This document shows, one piece after another, positions 12,901 through 24,193 of a stretch of DNA of 64,000 nucleotides. Location: assembly GCA_036172245.1 (NCBI GenBank), contig JAYWIR010000039.1, positions 1,426,001 through 1,490,000 of the forward strand, given 5' to 3'. Within the stretch, counting starts at the first letter, position 1. Every line of letters begins with the position of its first letter. This DNA is from Raillietiella orientalis. Lineage: Eukaryota. Both the position numbers and the translations under genes were made by a program. The notes beneath the pieces were generated by a model. It saw only the letters and a list, made by a program, of their open reading frames with translations, was not told the DNA's origin and did not search any database.

Positions 12901-15050
12901 CATCAGTCAGGCAAGAGTTGGAATGTAGGAATGCTGTCTCCAGAGCTCCCATTCACTCATCGGCTACACAGCAAGTCGACATGGGGACGAACGCAACTCA
13001 GCGGCCACCGAAGACCCAAGACACAAGAGCCCACGAACAGTCCGGAGCATGTCGGTGGCAGGCACCCCTTTCTGAAACGGTACCTCAAGCGAATACCCAT
13101 CTCCGTGTACATGCGAACTCGGATGTATGTACACAAAAGTCACCTACTCTGTAAAGAGATAGAGCGCGGGTTTCTCATCACGAACGTGGAATTCCAACCG
13201 TTGATCGAATCGGCCTCGAGACGTTGCTCTGCTCGGTGATTTAGGGATCCTGAATAGAGATTCGCAGTGTTATCTGCACGCAAAACAATCTCTGCAAACA
13301 GTGCTTAAACGGATGAGTGCAACATATTAGGTTGGTGCAAAAATGATTGCGGTGCTTCATCTTGAGTTTGGCGCCGATTTTTCGAGTTACCCTGATATCT
13401 TCCGTTGTAGTCACGTGAAACGTCATTGTGAACACTGAAATTGGCAATACCGATCTCAGCTCGTGCCCGCTGTTTTCATCCTTCAGTGTCGTTGGATATG
13501 ACCTCTTAAATTGGTCTTGGAAACAAAGAAAATTGGCGCGATTTTGTTGTACGAGTTTCAGTTGGATTGGTGAAGTATCAGAAACTGCTCGAAAGATCAA
13601 ATTCGTTTCGGGAGGAGAATGAGGTAGTGAACGCGCAGCCCAACTCTGGCTATGAAAATTTCGTGGTGGAAACGAAAGCCTTGAAAAGGAGGAGAGTCGT
13701 GGAGGTCCTTCAGCCACAGACAATCATGATTTAAGAACCATCATTGAAGCGGACCCACATATAAGGCAACTCGACAGGTGCCATAAGAAGAACTCAGTGT
13801 TGATCTTTCAACAGTTGCTCGACATTTGAGCCTGATTGGGAAAACAAAAGAGCTGCATCAACGGGTGCCGCATGAGATAAACGAACACCAAGCAATTCGG
13901 CGATGCGAAGTCTGCTCTACGCTTCCTCTGGGTAACAAAAAGGGAACACCCTTTCTCTATCGCCACATGTGGTGAGAAGCGGACCCTCTGTAACCACTGG
14001 AAACGTTCATCACAGTGGCTGGACCGAAGAGAAGCACCAAAACAGTTTCCTAAACCTAAAACGATTATGATTACTGTTCGGTGGTCGGCAAGCGGCATCA
14101 TCCACCACAACTTCTTATATCCCAGTGAAACAGCGACAGCAGAAAAAATGCATGGGGAGCTGCATTTTTTTCGGCCAGCATCAGTCAACCGAAGAGGACC
14201 AGTTCGTCTTCTTGGCAACGCCCGACCGCACGTGTCACGGATGACTTTCAAAAAATGAAATAAACTGGGTGATGATGAAACCTCACCTCACGCTCCGGAC
14301 CTGTGTCTGACAGATTATCATTTTTTAAACATTTGAGTAATTTGCTGCTACGAGAGAGGACTATCGAAGATCAAGCATCAGCTCGAAGCGCTTCCGAGGA
14401 ATTCGTTAATCCCAGGACTCCAGAATTCCATCTTGTAAGAATAAACAAACCCGTTTCCCGTTGAAAGAAACGTGTGCAGGCCAAGGACCTTTATTTTGAT
14501 TGACAGATATAATTTTTAGAACTGATATATGCGTCTTTACACTCGATACTTGAAAACGCAATTATTTTTGCACCAACCTGATGAAATAAAACAAAATAAA
14601 CAAAATGATCCACGTTTACTCCGCTCTTGCACCTTGGCAACACTTTCCAATAATGCAGAGAAAACAGCATATCACAGCAAAGTGATCTTCGGGATCGAAG
14701 GAAAGCACGCTGTCCCTACGGAGGAGAGGGAGCTTCGAATGAGCCAAATTGGAAGCCGACCACCTAACGCTTGCTGCAACACGGCAAAAGGGGAGAAACG
14801 AAAAGAAAAGGGGGGGGAGGAGGATTGTGGGGCCTTGCCCCTTGACGGGCCGTCACCAGGAAGCTTCCTTGCTGCTACTACGCGCAGCGAGAGAGGCTGC
14901 TCCTTATTCCGAGGAACGGTGCATCCACAGATCAAAGATGTTCAGCACATTCGAATGGGCTGAGTTGGACTCCGCCGAAGACGGAATGTCTCCAAGCGCC
15001 CGGATGCAAGCGCCCGCCCTGTAGCGGGACTCGCGCCAGCCTTCGTGTGC
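9950..15050 (+). mobile_element. Degenerate hAT-family (ZNF862-like) transposase relic, interrupted by a mariner
   Basis: Ordered degenerate motifs: QFLEEWSFPW (~9995), ENELSFTAF (~10570), YDTDGT..AM (~11830, DGAxxM-like), FVAA*EHR (~11925, CxxHRL-like), RQLEQVC (~12065), LLLIPRNGAST..MFS (~14895-14945, hATC ERxFS-like). Confidence 0.4.
13327..14581 (+). mobile_element. Mariner DNA transposon, Hsmar1/cecropia-like, full length (1255 bp), transposase pseudogenised
   Basis: Left TIR TTAGGTTGGTGCAAAAATGATTGCG follows a TA. The right end AAAACGCAATTATTTTTGCACCAACCTGA is its reverse complement with a few mismatches. Internal remnants: DLRTIIEADP, IATCGEKR (IVTCDEKW-like), MITVRWSASGIIHHNFLYPSET, VNRRGPVRLLGNARPHV (LLHDNARPHV-like), APDLCLTDYH (SPDLSPTDYH-like). 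Confidence 0.92.
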
Positions 15051-15299
15051 TGCGTCCGCTAGAAATTCGCTCTGGGACTGCGGCGAAGAAGGGACAATCG
15101 GGAATGGCCACCGTGACTCTGGCAGAATTCCACGCATAGCTACGGCTCCATCGGCCTTACGGAAGCCTGAACCATGCAGTTGTCTTTTCTAGAGAACCGG
15201 AACGACCTCAATTCCCAGAGGCTTAAGAGCATCTCCTCTTCCTGGCCTGAGCAAGTGTACCAGCAATGACACCTCAGCATTCTTGTTCGAAGGAGTCAG

Positions 15300-17100
15300 A
15301 GACGTGCTCGAAAAGAAACAGAAGGTACACGGGAATGGGAGTCTCGTTCCCGAACACAAGACAGGTGTTCACCTGTCATCCTCCTGGAGTCGGATACAAC
15401 GTAAACCCGGAAATGAAATAGAGAATCCACGCGGAGTCGGCAACGAAGGCGAGCAAACGGCACGGCGCTCAGCCGGTTCGTTTCTCCAGGCCGAGGTCTC
15501 CGTGTGCAAAGGTTCCCAGTGACTCTGGTTCCTCTTCTCGCTTTTTCCGGACTTGTCTTCCACTGAACCTGATCTGATAATTTGAAAACGAAAGGGAAAG
15601 TTGGTAGGGCAGGTAGAGATCGAGCGTTGTATTTTTTAGAGGCAGGACTTGCCTTCGGAAACACACACTGCGCGAGAAAGAAACGAATCAAAAAAAAGAA
15701 AATGCAACAGAAGCAGCAGCAACAGGACAGCCATGATGATTTCTTTCGTGCGCGAGAATTCGTAGGCAAGAAACTGCGCACTCGAACGTGGTGGCAGATC
15801 TGTCTGCATCTCTACGTTTAGGGATGCACGCTGTTTATGGCGGTAGTGTCCCCGACGAGTTACGGCTGAACGCTGTAAACCACGGTTTCATCCCGGATGC
15901 AGGAGCCACGCGTCTACGACTGATGAGTAATTAGTGGCAGGAGGATTTCAGACTGTGCCTTGAACTGAGGAGAGGGATCCTTCCTCAAATTGGGCTCCTC
16001 GGTACCAATGACGCCCGAATGCCTGCGCTGGGAAGGGTTGGGAAGGAAGACTGAAGTATCCAGGTACTTCGCTTGCTCACAATCGTCCCGAAGCGACCTT
16101 TCGTTTTGCTTTCAGTTTGAACCAGTTCAGCGCTTCGTCCCGTACGGTACAAGGGAGATCAAGACCACGAATGGTCCTTGGGGCATCGACAGCATCCTGA
16201 CCTAAAGGTTTTTCGGGTCAGAACACTGCTTTGCCCATGTGGTTCACCAGAGTGTGGGGCCGAAGAGGTGAACTTTTTTTCGCAACCAATCTTCAGTCCC
16301 CCTTCCAAACTCTCTGCAAACAACGCAGTCTTAGAATGGTACTTGAAGGAGGAGAGACTCGAAGTGGAGCAGACGAATCGGAGGATAAAGAGACGGAGTG
16401 ATGCAGGAGCCCGTGAGATAAACTGGCGCTTGTCTCGCGAGCATCGGAATCTCCGAATTCCCCTAGGAAAGTTGGCGTGTCATCTCGACGAAATCTCCAA
16501 GACGACGCACCTCCCCGCCGCAATCGCTTCCTTGCCCCGCGAACCCCACCCACGAAGTCTTCGGGGGAACCAGGCGAATCCACCGGAGCGCCTCCATGAT
16601 TCCAGACGGAGGTCTCGATTCCCGGCGGTGCGCTGCCGGGGTTGCATGTTTCGACTGTGTTTGCCTCGAGCTTCGCTCGACTCATTCCGACGCGGGACCT
16701 CGGAGACCAGCAGCACGGGTACGGGGAAACCCATTATTGTCTAGAAAATGGCTCTTCAGGAAACGATTTCGGCAGACGTGTCTCCCAGGAGCGTTGCAGA
16801 TGGAAATGAGGCAGCCCGAGTCTGCGAAAGGATTCTGCACCGAGATCGGAAGAAAAGATCGGAGATCGAGCATCATTGGATGCAGGCGATGTTCCGAAAT
16901 CAGGAAAAGGGAAAGAAAAGAAACAGTTTGTCTTCGCCGACACACCGGGGCATTTGACGAGAAAGCAAATGGCTCCTTTAGGGAGGGAACCATAGCGTGT
17001 TGGTCCAACAGGCTCCGTGGTAACCCGTTCGAACGGAAGTGCTGCCCTGATCCCTCCAGGGGAGAAGATAGAGAGAAGTGCAACCCTATAAATTCGATTT
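15300..17100 (+). mobile_element. Degenerate hAT transposase relic (ZMYM/Tip100-like)
   Basis: Ordered weak motifs: ALYFL (~15625), AREFVG (~15750), EGLGRKTEVSRYFAC (~16030, GV...YxxCxxH-like), LCP/WFTR across a frameshift (~16230, LCxTRW-like). Confidence 0.35.
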
Positions 17101-17699
17101 CTTTACAGAATTTTCAAGTATAAATTGGGCCCCGCGGCCAGCGTGGAGCGGATCAGCTCGGTGGACCGTCCTGCCGTTGGATAAGAGCAGAGGGCCCTGC
17201 GAACCATCTGCACCTGGCATCTTCCCGTCCAGAATCTCCGTCTGGCCTTTCATTTGTAATAAATAAATCAATCAAAAAAGGTCAGCAGTTAGGTACCTAC
17301 GGCCCGAAGCTATGGGGGCCACCCTCGCTGGACACAGGGCTAGGGAGAAAAGGAGGAAGATGAAGGAGGACCAATGAGTAAATAAAGAAATGGAGTGGAA
17401 CAGGCTTCACAGTACTGGACCTCCGTCAGGCAAGGTGAGGAGGGGAGAGGAAAAGGAGGCGCGTTCGCTGCTGTCGTGTCAGTCTGCCCACAGTTCTCTT
17501 GAGATCCTTTCGATCCCAAGAGATCCCATCCTCCCTTCCCAGATGACTCCATCCCGCCGCCTTGCTCTCCTACAGGCTATGGCGTTGCAAACGGCTTCCC
17601 GGAGCAAATGCCGCACCTTCCCTCCATTTGGACAGCCTCTGCTTCTCGCACCACTGTGGCAGAGTGGCGTCAGCGACGGGCGCAACCAAAAAGCCTGGA

Positions 17700-18320
17700 A
17701 AAGAGAGAGCTTCGTCCGGTCGGGTCTTCCGAGGTGAGTCACTTCGTGGGATCGAAGCGTCGCCGTGACGCTGCCTTCCACATTCCGACGGCACGGTGTG
17801 GGGGATGGGGGAATGTTCCTGCTGTCCCGTAATGAGGGCACATCTCCCTCCAAGGCGCGGTGGCGTTCTTCAGTTACCAGGGGAAGATCGGTGGCTCATA
17901 GGGAAGCCGAAGTTGGATGAAACGAGCGGTGCCTTTTGAACCATCAGCAGTGGTACTTGCCGGAAAATAATCGGCAAAGAATGCGCACAGGAAAATTTGG
18001 GAGAAGGGAGAGGGGGGGGAGGAGTTCGTTTTCCCTCGAACAGCGCCTGAACACTGAGGGAAAAATCGACTCCTCTTGCAAAACGAATGTCCCAGTGTTG
18101 GACCTTCCCAAAGGGAACGAATATCCCAAAAGGATCCTGCGAAGACAGACCTCTCAAAAGGCACTTAGCAATGGTTGTTGTGCGTCTTAATGCCGTGGTC
18201 TGCCTTCCACTTAGGACTCGCCTTCCTAATCGCTGAGCTACCTGGTGCCAGACGGAAGACCTGGAAACCAAGCTCCCGTTCTTTGCCTCTCTTCCGCAAA
18301 AGTGCGCCAATCTCTGCAGC
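17700..18320 (-). mobile_element. Degenerate LINE ORF1 (RRM + zinc knuckle) relic
   Basis: Minus ORF 17870..18310 has TTIAKCLLRGLSSQDPFGIFVPFGKV (RRM-like), followed by ECGRQRHG (CxxCGxxGH-like) at ~17760-17790. Confidence 0.4.
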
Positions 18321-20487
18321 TGCCCTGTAGGGATTTTCGGATTTCCAGAGGATTCCTTGCTCGATACTGATTACATCTCATGTCCTCCACCGCCTTTGTA
18401 TTCGCTGAAACCGAGCGAGCTCTCGTTCCCAGCAGTCCTTTTCCACGGAACCTCCCTCTGCCCACAGGAACCTCCATGCTCGATTCCTAGCGTTCAGTTC
18501 CTTCCCGGACTTTTTTCACTCCCTTCCCTCTAGCATTTCATCCACCGTCGATCCTCTCTCTCCGCGATCTAAGTCGAAGGTCTCCTCATTTTTTCTGGAG
18601 AGCAAGCCAGGCTTTTCAAAGATCTTCATCACCATCAGAGAGTTTTAGCCTTCCTGATGCCTTGCCATACCTCATCTGACGAAGTAGCAGCATGTACGAA
18701 GATCCAAGCGGATCCTCCCAGAAGTCCCGAATTATCCCCTCTTTCTCACGAGCATCACGCTTAGGGATGCGACCTTGGTTGCCACGCGACGGCTGGAATC
18801 GAGTCGACTTTGAACTCTAGGACGAATAGAGAGTGGTCAAGCAGGATGTTGAGTTCCAGGTCCTAGAGGCAGGTCCGAGAAGTCCGGTGCATCTTGTGTG
18901 CTGGAAAGAGAGTCAGGAATGCCTCGACCTGTAGGCAGAACGTGCGGCGCGAGGTTAGGAGCCACTGTTTCTCCCGTGTGCGAAGAGTCGAAGCAGAGCA
19001 GTCTTTCGTGGCTGCTGCTTCCAGGGAGCGCTCCTGCTAGCGGGGAGGAGGAACGCGAATGTATCTTGACGAGCTCTTTCCTTTCTCTTGAGCCCTCCGA
19101 GGGAGGACGCCTAAGGCTCCAGGAGGGAGTAGTTTCGGTCGTTCCTACCTTTCTAGAAGCGGCTCTGGATGGTGGCCTTATCCATGGCGACTGTTTATGG
19201 CAGATGAAAGCGTCCTGCAGCCGTCCTCACGGAGGCAGCTGCCATGCTGCTGGCCTCCTTTAGCCACGAACTTGACTCCAACATATGGCGGGTTGTTATT
19301 GTGGAGCGGATGCAACAGATGGTTGCGATTGCCCCAGCTCCCGTCTTCAACCCTCCTTCACTGAAGAGGCGTCCCAGCTAGTCCGAAGTGGAAAAGATCC
19401 TGCCTGTTGACGGAGCGCCAAAGCAAGTCTCCGCTACAAGTCCGCCAGGGCACCGCAGTCCAACAGGAGGTTAAATCGCCCTGCATCTGGAACAGTTCGG
19501 GAGGCAATCCCCGGAAACCAGGTGTCTGCGCTGAAACAGCAGAACATCTTGTTTCCACCGTAGCGGGAGCACGGAGGTGTCCACGCAAAGGGAAGGGACC
19601 ACGAGTTCTTCGGGTGCACACCAAGCAGATCAGTTGATGCTGAGGGCGTACAAGAAGACTCTGGCTCGCCTGCCACGCAGGTGCCCAGGCACACCGGCCG
19701 TATCAGCGAATGCGGACGATCTTCTGCTGCTGCTCCCCATGTCCACCCCGGCGTCGGCTCTCGAAAATTACTTCGAGCTGTTAAGCCGCCGGACTAGAGT
19801 GAAGGTGAACAGGGAGGAATCGTCCGTGTAGCAGTCGGCTCGGCGTGGGCAGGGCAGCTGGACTGGATCCGCTCAAGGATCCCCACGGCTCGGTACCTTA
19901 AGTACCTTGGGGGACTATTCTCTGGCGGATGCGTAATCCAGCTGCCTCCAAAAGGCAGAGTCGACGATCAGCCCGTTCCAGGAGGGCAAGTTTCTCTCTC
20001 CGGAACCGGCTGCGGCGTAGGGCACGTTTGTGGTCCCCCTCTTCTACCGCCTGCTTTTCCCGCCGAGTAGCATTAAAAGGCAGACGCAGAACCTCCTCAG
20101 AATCGCCCTCTGGGGCACAGGGAGGCCCGAGTCCTCCTGAAGGACTTATGCGTTCCGCGTCGCGACGGAGGCCTCGGCCTCCTGATGCTGGAGTGCCTTG
20201 AGCGACAGCTCCAGTGGAGGACACTCGCCCTAGTGGCGAAGATGTGGAGTACGAACTGGTGCAAGACAGCACGACACCCGGTTAAGCGAGTCACCGGCTA
20301 CTCGGGACTGTCTTCATTCCTGGAACGGCGGCGCAGACGCAACGTGTCCAGCTGAGAACTGGAGCCTCGGCGAGTGGCCGCGCTGACCAGGACCAACAAC
20401 TGGATCTTCTGCCGGCCCGCGAACGGTAGCGTCTGGTTGCAGGAAGCCGTCCACATGTAGGCCAAGAACAGCGAAGCGAGCCCGGAG

Positions 20488-23120
20488 ATGCGGCTGCGAC
20501 TGCTGCACTCCTTTTACAACAACCGCTCTCTTCAGGACGTCATCGTGCAGCCCACCACGTGTGCGTGGGGAGCGCAAAGAACCTTCCTAGACGCGGCACT
20601 GCCCTCCCTCAGGGAGCACCTGGGCAGTAACCATTCGGTCAAATGGGAGGTCAGTTGCGAAATCAGTCAGAAGACGAGGGGAATAAGTGGTTGGACCACG
20701 GGCCAGCTCACGGGCGCTTTGATCCCAAGTGTCCCACCGAAGGGACTATTGCGTTGGAGTGAGCTGTTGGGAATCCTGCAAAAAGACTTCGAGTGGCCCC
20801 CAGCGCCGAAGAGCAGTCGGGCCCTCCCCCTGGGGTGGCAGGAGTTGGCACTTCTGCTGTTGAACTGAGGCCTCCCGTGCAACGCCTGCCAGCCGCTCTG
20901 GACCCGGGGTGCTATGGACCCCCCAACTGCTGCAGGTGTGGAGAGCGTGAATGCCGCCCGCACCTGCCCGACCCCTGTGAGTGCATTACGCAACGGCCCT
21001 TGGTGCACCGACGGACAATCCCAGGGACGTGATAATACAATGCCCTTTCTCCTGCCGAATCCCCAGCAGCTCTTTGCTGCTGCCTACGCGGGATTGTGGC
21101 GGCCTGGAGCTACGCGAGAGGAGGACGGCGCGATAGGGAAGCCATCTGCTTCGCCCTACGCTTCCTGCGGACGGCAGCAAGATGGCCCCATCTGGGGCAT
21201 ACTCGTATGGAACTTGTCGGCATCCTGGAAATGATGATGCAGAGGATGCCCTCCAGAGGATGGTGATCCCTTCCCGTGCCTCCCAGAGTTTTTATTATTA
21301 TTGATTTATATTTATTTTTATTTTTGTTGTCCCCTCTGCTGCCGAGGCAAACCTCGCCAGCCTGCGTGCCGGTTACTCGGCAGGTCACGAGCATTTTCGG
21401 ACAATGTGGGGCCGATGGCCCTACACATGTATGTTTATTTTTAATAATAAACGTGCCGGCGTGACCGGGTGATAAACCAAGCAGGTCACTCGCTCGAAGG
21501 AGTCCCTTTGCCCGGAAAAGATGAGCGGCGGCGTTCACCAATTCTTTCGTCCCTGCAGCCGTTCAGGAGTTTTCCGACTCCTGCAGTGTTGCAGGAGAAC
21601 TCCCACCCTGAAGGTTGGCTGCTGTCATCAATTGCTCTGAGGGCAGACAGCACTGCAGCAAGGGATGAGACGAGTAATTGGGATCATTGCCTTCCATTGC
21701 CTGACGAGGAAGGCAGGCGCGGGTCCGCCTCCTTCCGCTCAGACCAAGTGCGTCCCACTCCGCAAGACAGACCCAGGCAATGCAAACCGGCGTCCGATGT
21801 ACCTCAGGACACCAATCTGCTCGGAAAGGCCGCGGAATCCCTGGTGACTTCCGAACAGACTTGCGCCGTCTCGGAGGAACCATGGACGACGACCTGTTCT
21901 CCGCACGTACCCGGCTTCTAGCTGAACCAGTCGGTCGCGCCAGAAGGCCACAAAACAGCTCTTGCCGCAATGGGCCCTGGCCCGCTGGGCGCGCACAGAC
22001 TCAGGCACCTAAGGCGTAGGCGGTTCTAGTCGATATGCAGGAAGCCCCCTTTGGAGCTCCTAGAACGCACTGGACTCCCTACACACTTGCTGACCGACCT
22101 TCGATCCACCCGGAGCAGCGTTTCTTGCAACTGTCGCCACGTGCACGCTGCACCGAAGCGCAGGGAAATCAGACGACAGTCTTAGCCCTAAGCCCCTCAG
22201 CATCTTCGAGTTGATGCTGAAAGGGTACAGGATGAATCGGATTCATCTGCCGAGCTCTCTGTGCCTGCATGCTGACCGTGGCGACCTACGCGGACGTCCT
22301 GCCTCTCCTGCTGCCCGTGTCTAACCCGTGGCATCGCTCGAGGCGTCCTTTGAGCTGATCTGCCTGGTAGCGGTCATGTGCGTGAGTAGGACGCAGTCCG
22401 TGGTCGTCTCTCGTCCAGCCTCCCGAGAGGGACAGTCTACTAGAACCGCCTGGGTACCCCGTAATAAGTACTGTCAAGTACTTTGGTGTGCCCCCGGGCG
22501 ACTTTCTGCACCACAGAAGCGTGGTCCTACTGCAACCAAAGGGCTGCAAAGGCTCTTGGCCAGCCGCTGCCCGGGCTTGGTGCTCTAAAACGAGGATCCA
22601 GTTGCCGTCATATCTGGTGTTGTCGTTGCACGCCCACTGTAAGAAGTCGGCAGTATCTCTGGAAGAAGCCCGACAAAACAGCTGCGCAGGCCGCCCCTCG
22701 CGGCTGTGCGAGGGAGTGCCGGCATCAATGAAGACCCCGGCACCGAAATCTCTGGGACCTGGTAAGAAAGCGCTCGGAGAACTCGAGATCCCTCTCAAGG
22801 AGGCAGAAAACTTGAAAAATAGGACGGCGTTGCGCGTCTTCAGCATCTGGCACCCCGGGGGCCACGCGCTCGGTGAGGAGGAACGTTCGTCAGCTAGGCT
22901 TTCGGCGGGATGACAAGATGGTGGAAAAATTTCGGAACCTGACTTGCGGGAAAGCTCGAGAGCCCCGCAGACCGAAGTGAGAGGAAGCAGTTGTTGAAGC
23001 ATCTCCGGGCGGCGCGCATCCAGTATCCGATGAATCGAATATTCCTCGTCGCGGGAGCCTTCCTGGAGCCGAATTCCGGTACATCCGGTGCGGTGCCCCT
23101 TCCTGTCAAGAGGTGAATCT
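20488..23120 (+). mobile_element. Degenerate Tx1/L1-like LINE: ORF1, endonuclease stub, RT
   Basis: ORF1-like LREHLGSNHSVKWEVS...GWTTGQL, then CNAC and NCCRCGE knuckles (~20880-20950), AVLQEN (~21585), AVLVDMQEAP (~22020, LDxEKAFD-like), VATYADV (~22280, YADD), VKYFGV (~22475, KYLGV). Internally deleted and frameshifted. Confidence 0.65.
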
Positions 23121-23971
23121 CTCGTCGCTTCCTGAGCTGAAACGAGCCGAATGCTCGTCGCCTTGCTAACACTTACGGCAAGTGAAAACGCAGAGTCTGA
23201 CTACTTCAAAAGTTCCGTTCTTGTCGAACCGCTTGCAGTGAGTAGTGGTTCCTGCATCTCGTGGAAATGTCCCAAAGAAAGGATGTCACGAGTGACGCCT
23301 CGTAATTCCAGAAGGTTGGAAGCTTCCCTCTGTGAAAGGCCCCTTTCCAAAATTCTCCTATTCACTCGCATAGAAGAATTTGAAAAAAAAAAAAAAGAAT
23401 CCCCGTATCAAAGGGTGAGGTACAGCGAGATGATGTTCACTGATGTAGTTGAATGCTTGCGAGTGCCATTTCACGTTTTGGCACACCTACAAATTGGAAA
23501 GTTAAAAGTCACAAAATGGTCCTGCTGGCATGAAATGAAATAAATGATTGGGGACCAAGCTAAGCAGGAAGGAGGAGGGGGGAGCGAGATTCCCATGAGG
23601 AATGAAACAACAGGAGGAAGGAAAGACTGCTGGGATTATCTTCTCACTCTTTGCCATCGGGAAAGAAGTATCTTCTTTTGATATCCTTCGTGCTTATTAT
23701 TGGCTGCACTTCTGTCACTCCGGCGTGGCATGTTTTGACGGGGAAGCACACGGAAATGAGTGTGCGAAGACGCTGCATTCCTTCGGAAGCAGAAGTCTTT
23801 CGCTTCTTCGATCATTCTCCTGCATCCAGCCTTGAATCAGCACGTGCTTTCGGGGAATCACGCACGAAGCAGCCGTGTAGCATTCAAAAAAATTAAAACA
23901 CTTTGCAGCATTCCGTTTCACTTATTTTGTTTTTTTGTTTGTTTTTGCTTTGTTTTGTTTTGTTTTGTGCA

Positions 23972-23997
<26 letters not shown>
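23972..23997. repeat. (TG)n microsatellite
   Basis: About 13 TG units, seen directly. Confidence 0.95.
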
Positions 23998-24002
<5 letters not shown>

Positions 24003-24116
24003 AATTTAATGGTCTTTGCCGTTCCGGGTCCTTAGAAAGCAGTGATCTCTCAACTTCAAGGTGGAGACCTCTCCCCTGTACTTGAGAAACGGCGATTTTC
24101 TTTCTTGGTTCCTTTT

Positions 24117-24120
<4 letters not shown>

Positions 24121-24160
<40 letters not shown>

Positions 24161-24161
24161 A

Positions 24162-24193
<32 letters not shown>
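24121..24193. repeat. (CT)n microsatellite followed by poly(T) and poly(A) runs
   Basis: About 18 CT units, then a T run (24162-24176) directly followed by an A run (24177-24193). Confidence 0.95.

Noticed and set aside
22286..23002. 238-aa minus-strand ORF, the longest in the track
   Set aside because: It is antisense to the RT relic (YAD and KYFGV motifs are on the plus strand) and has no motif of its own.
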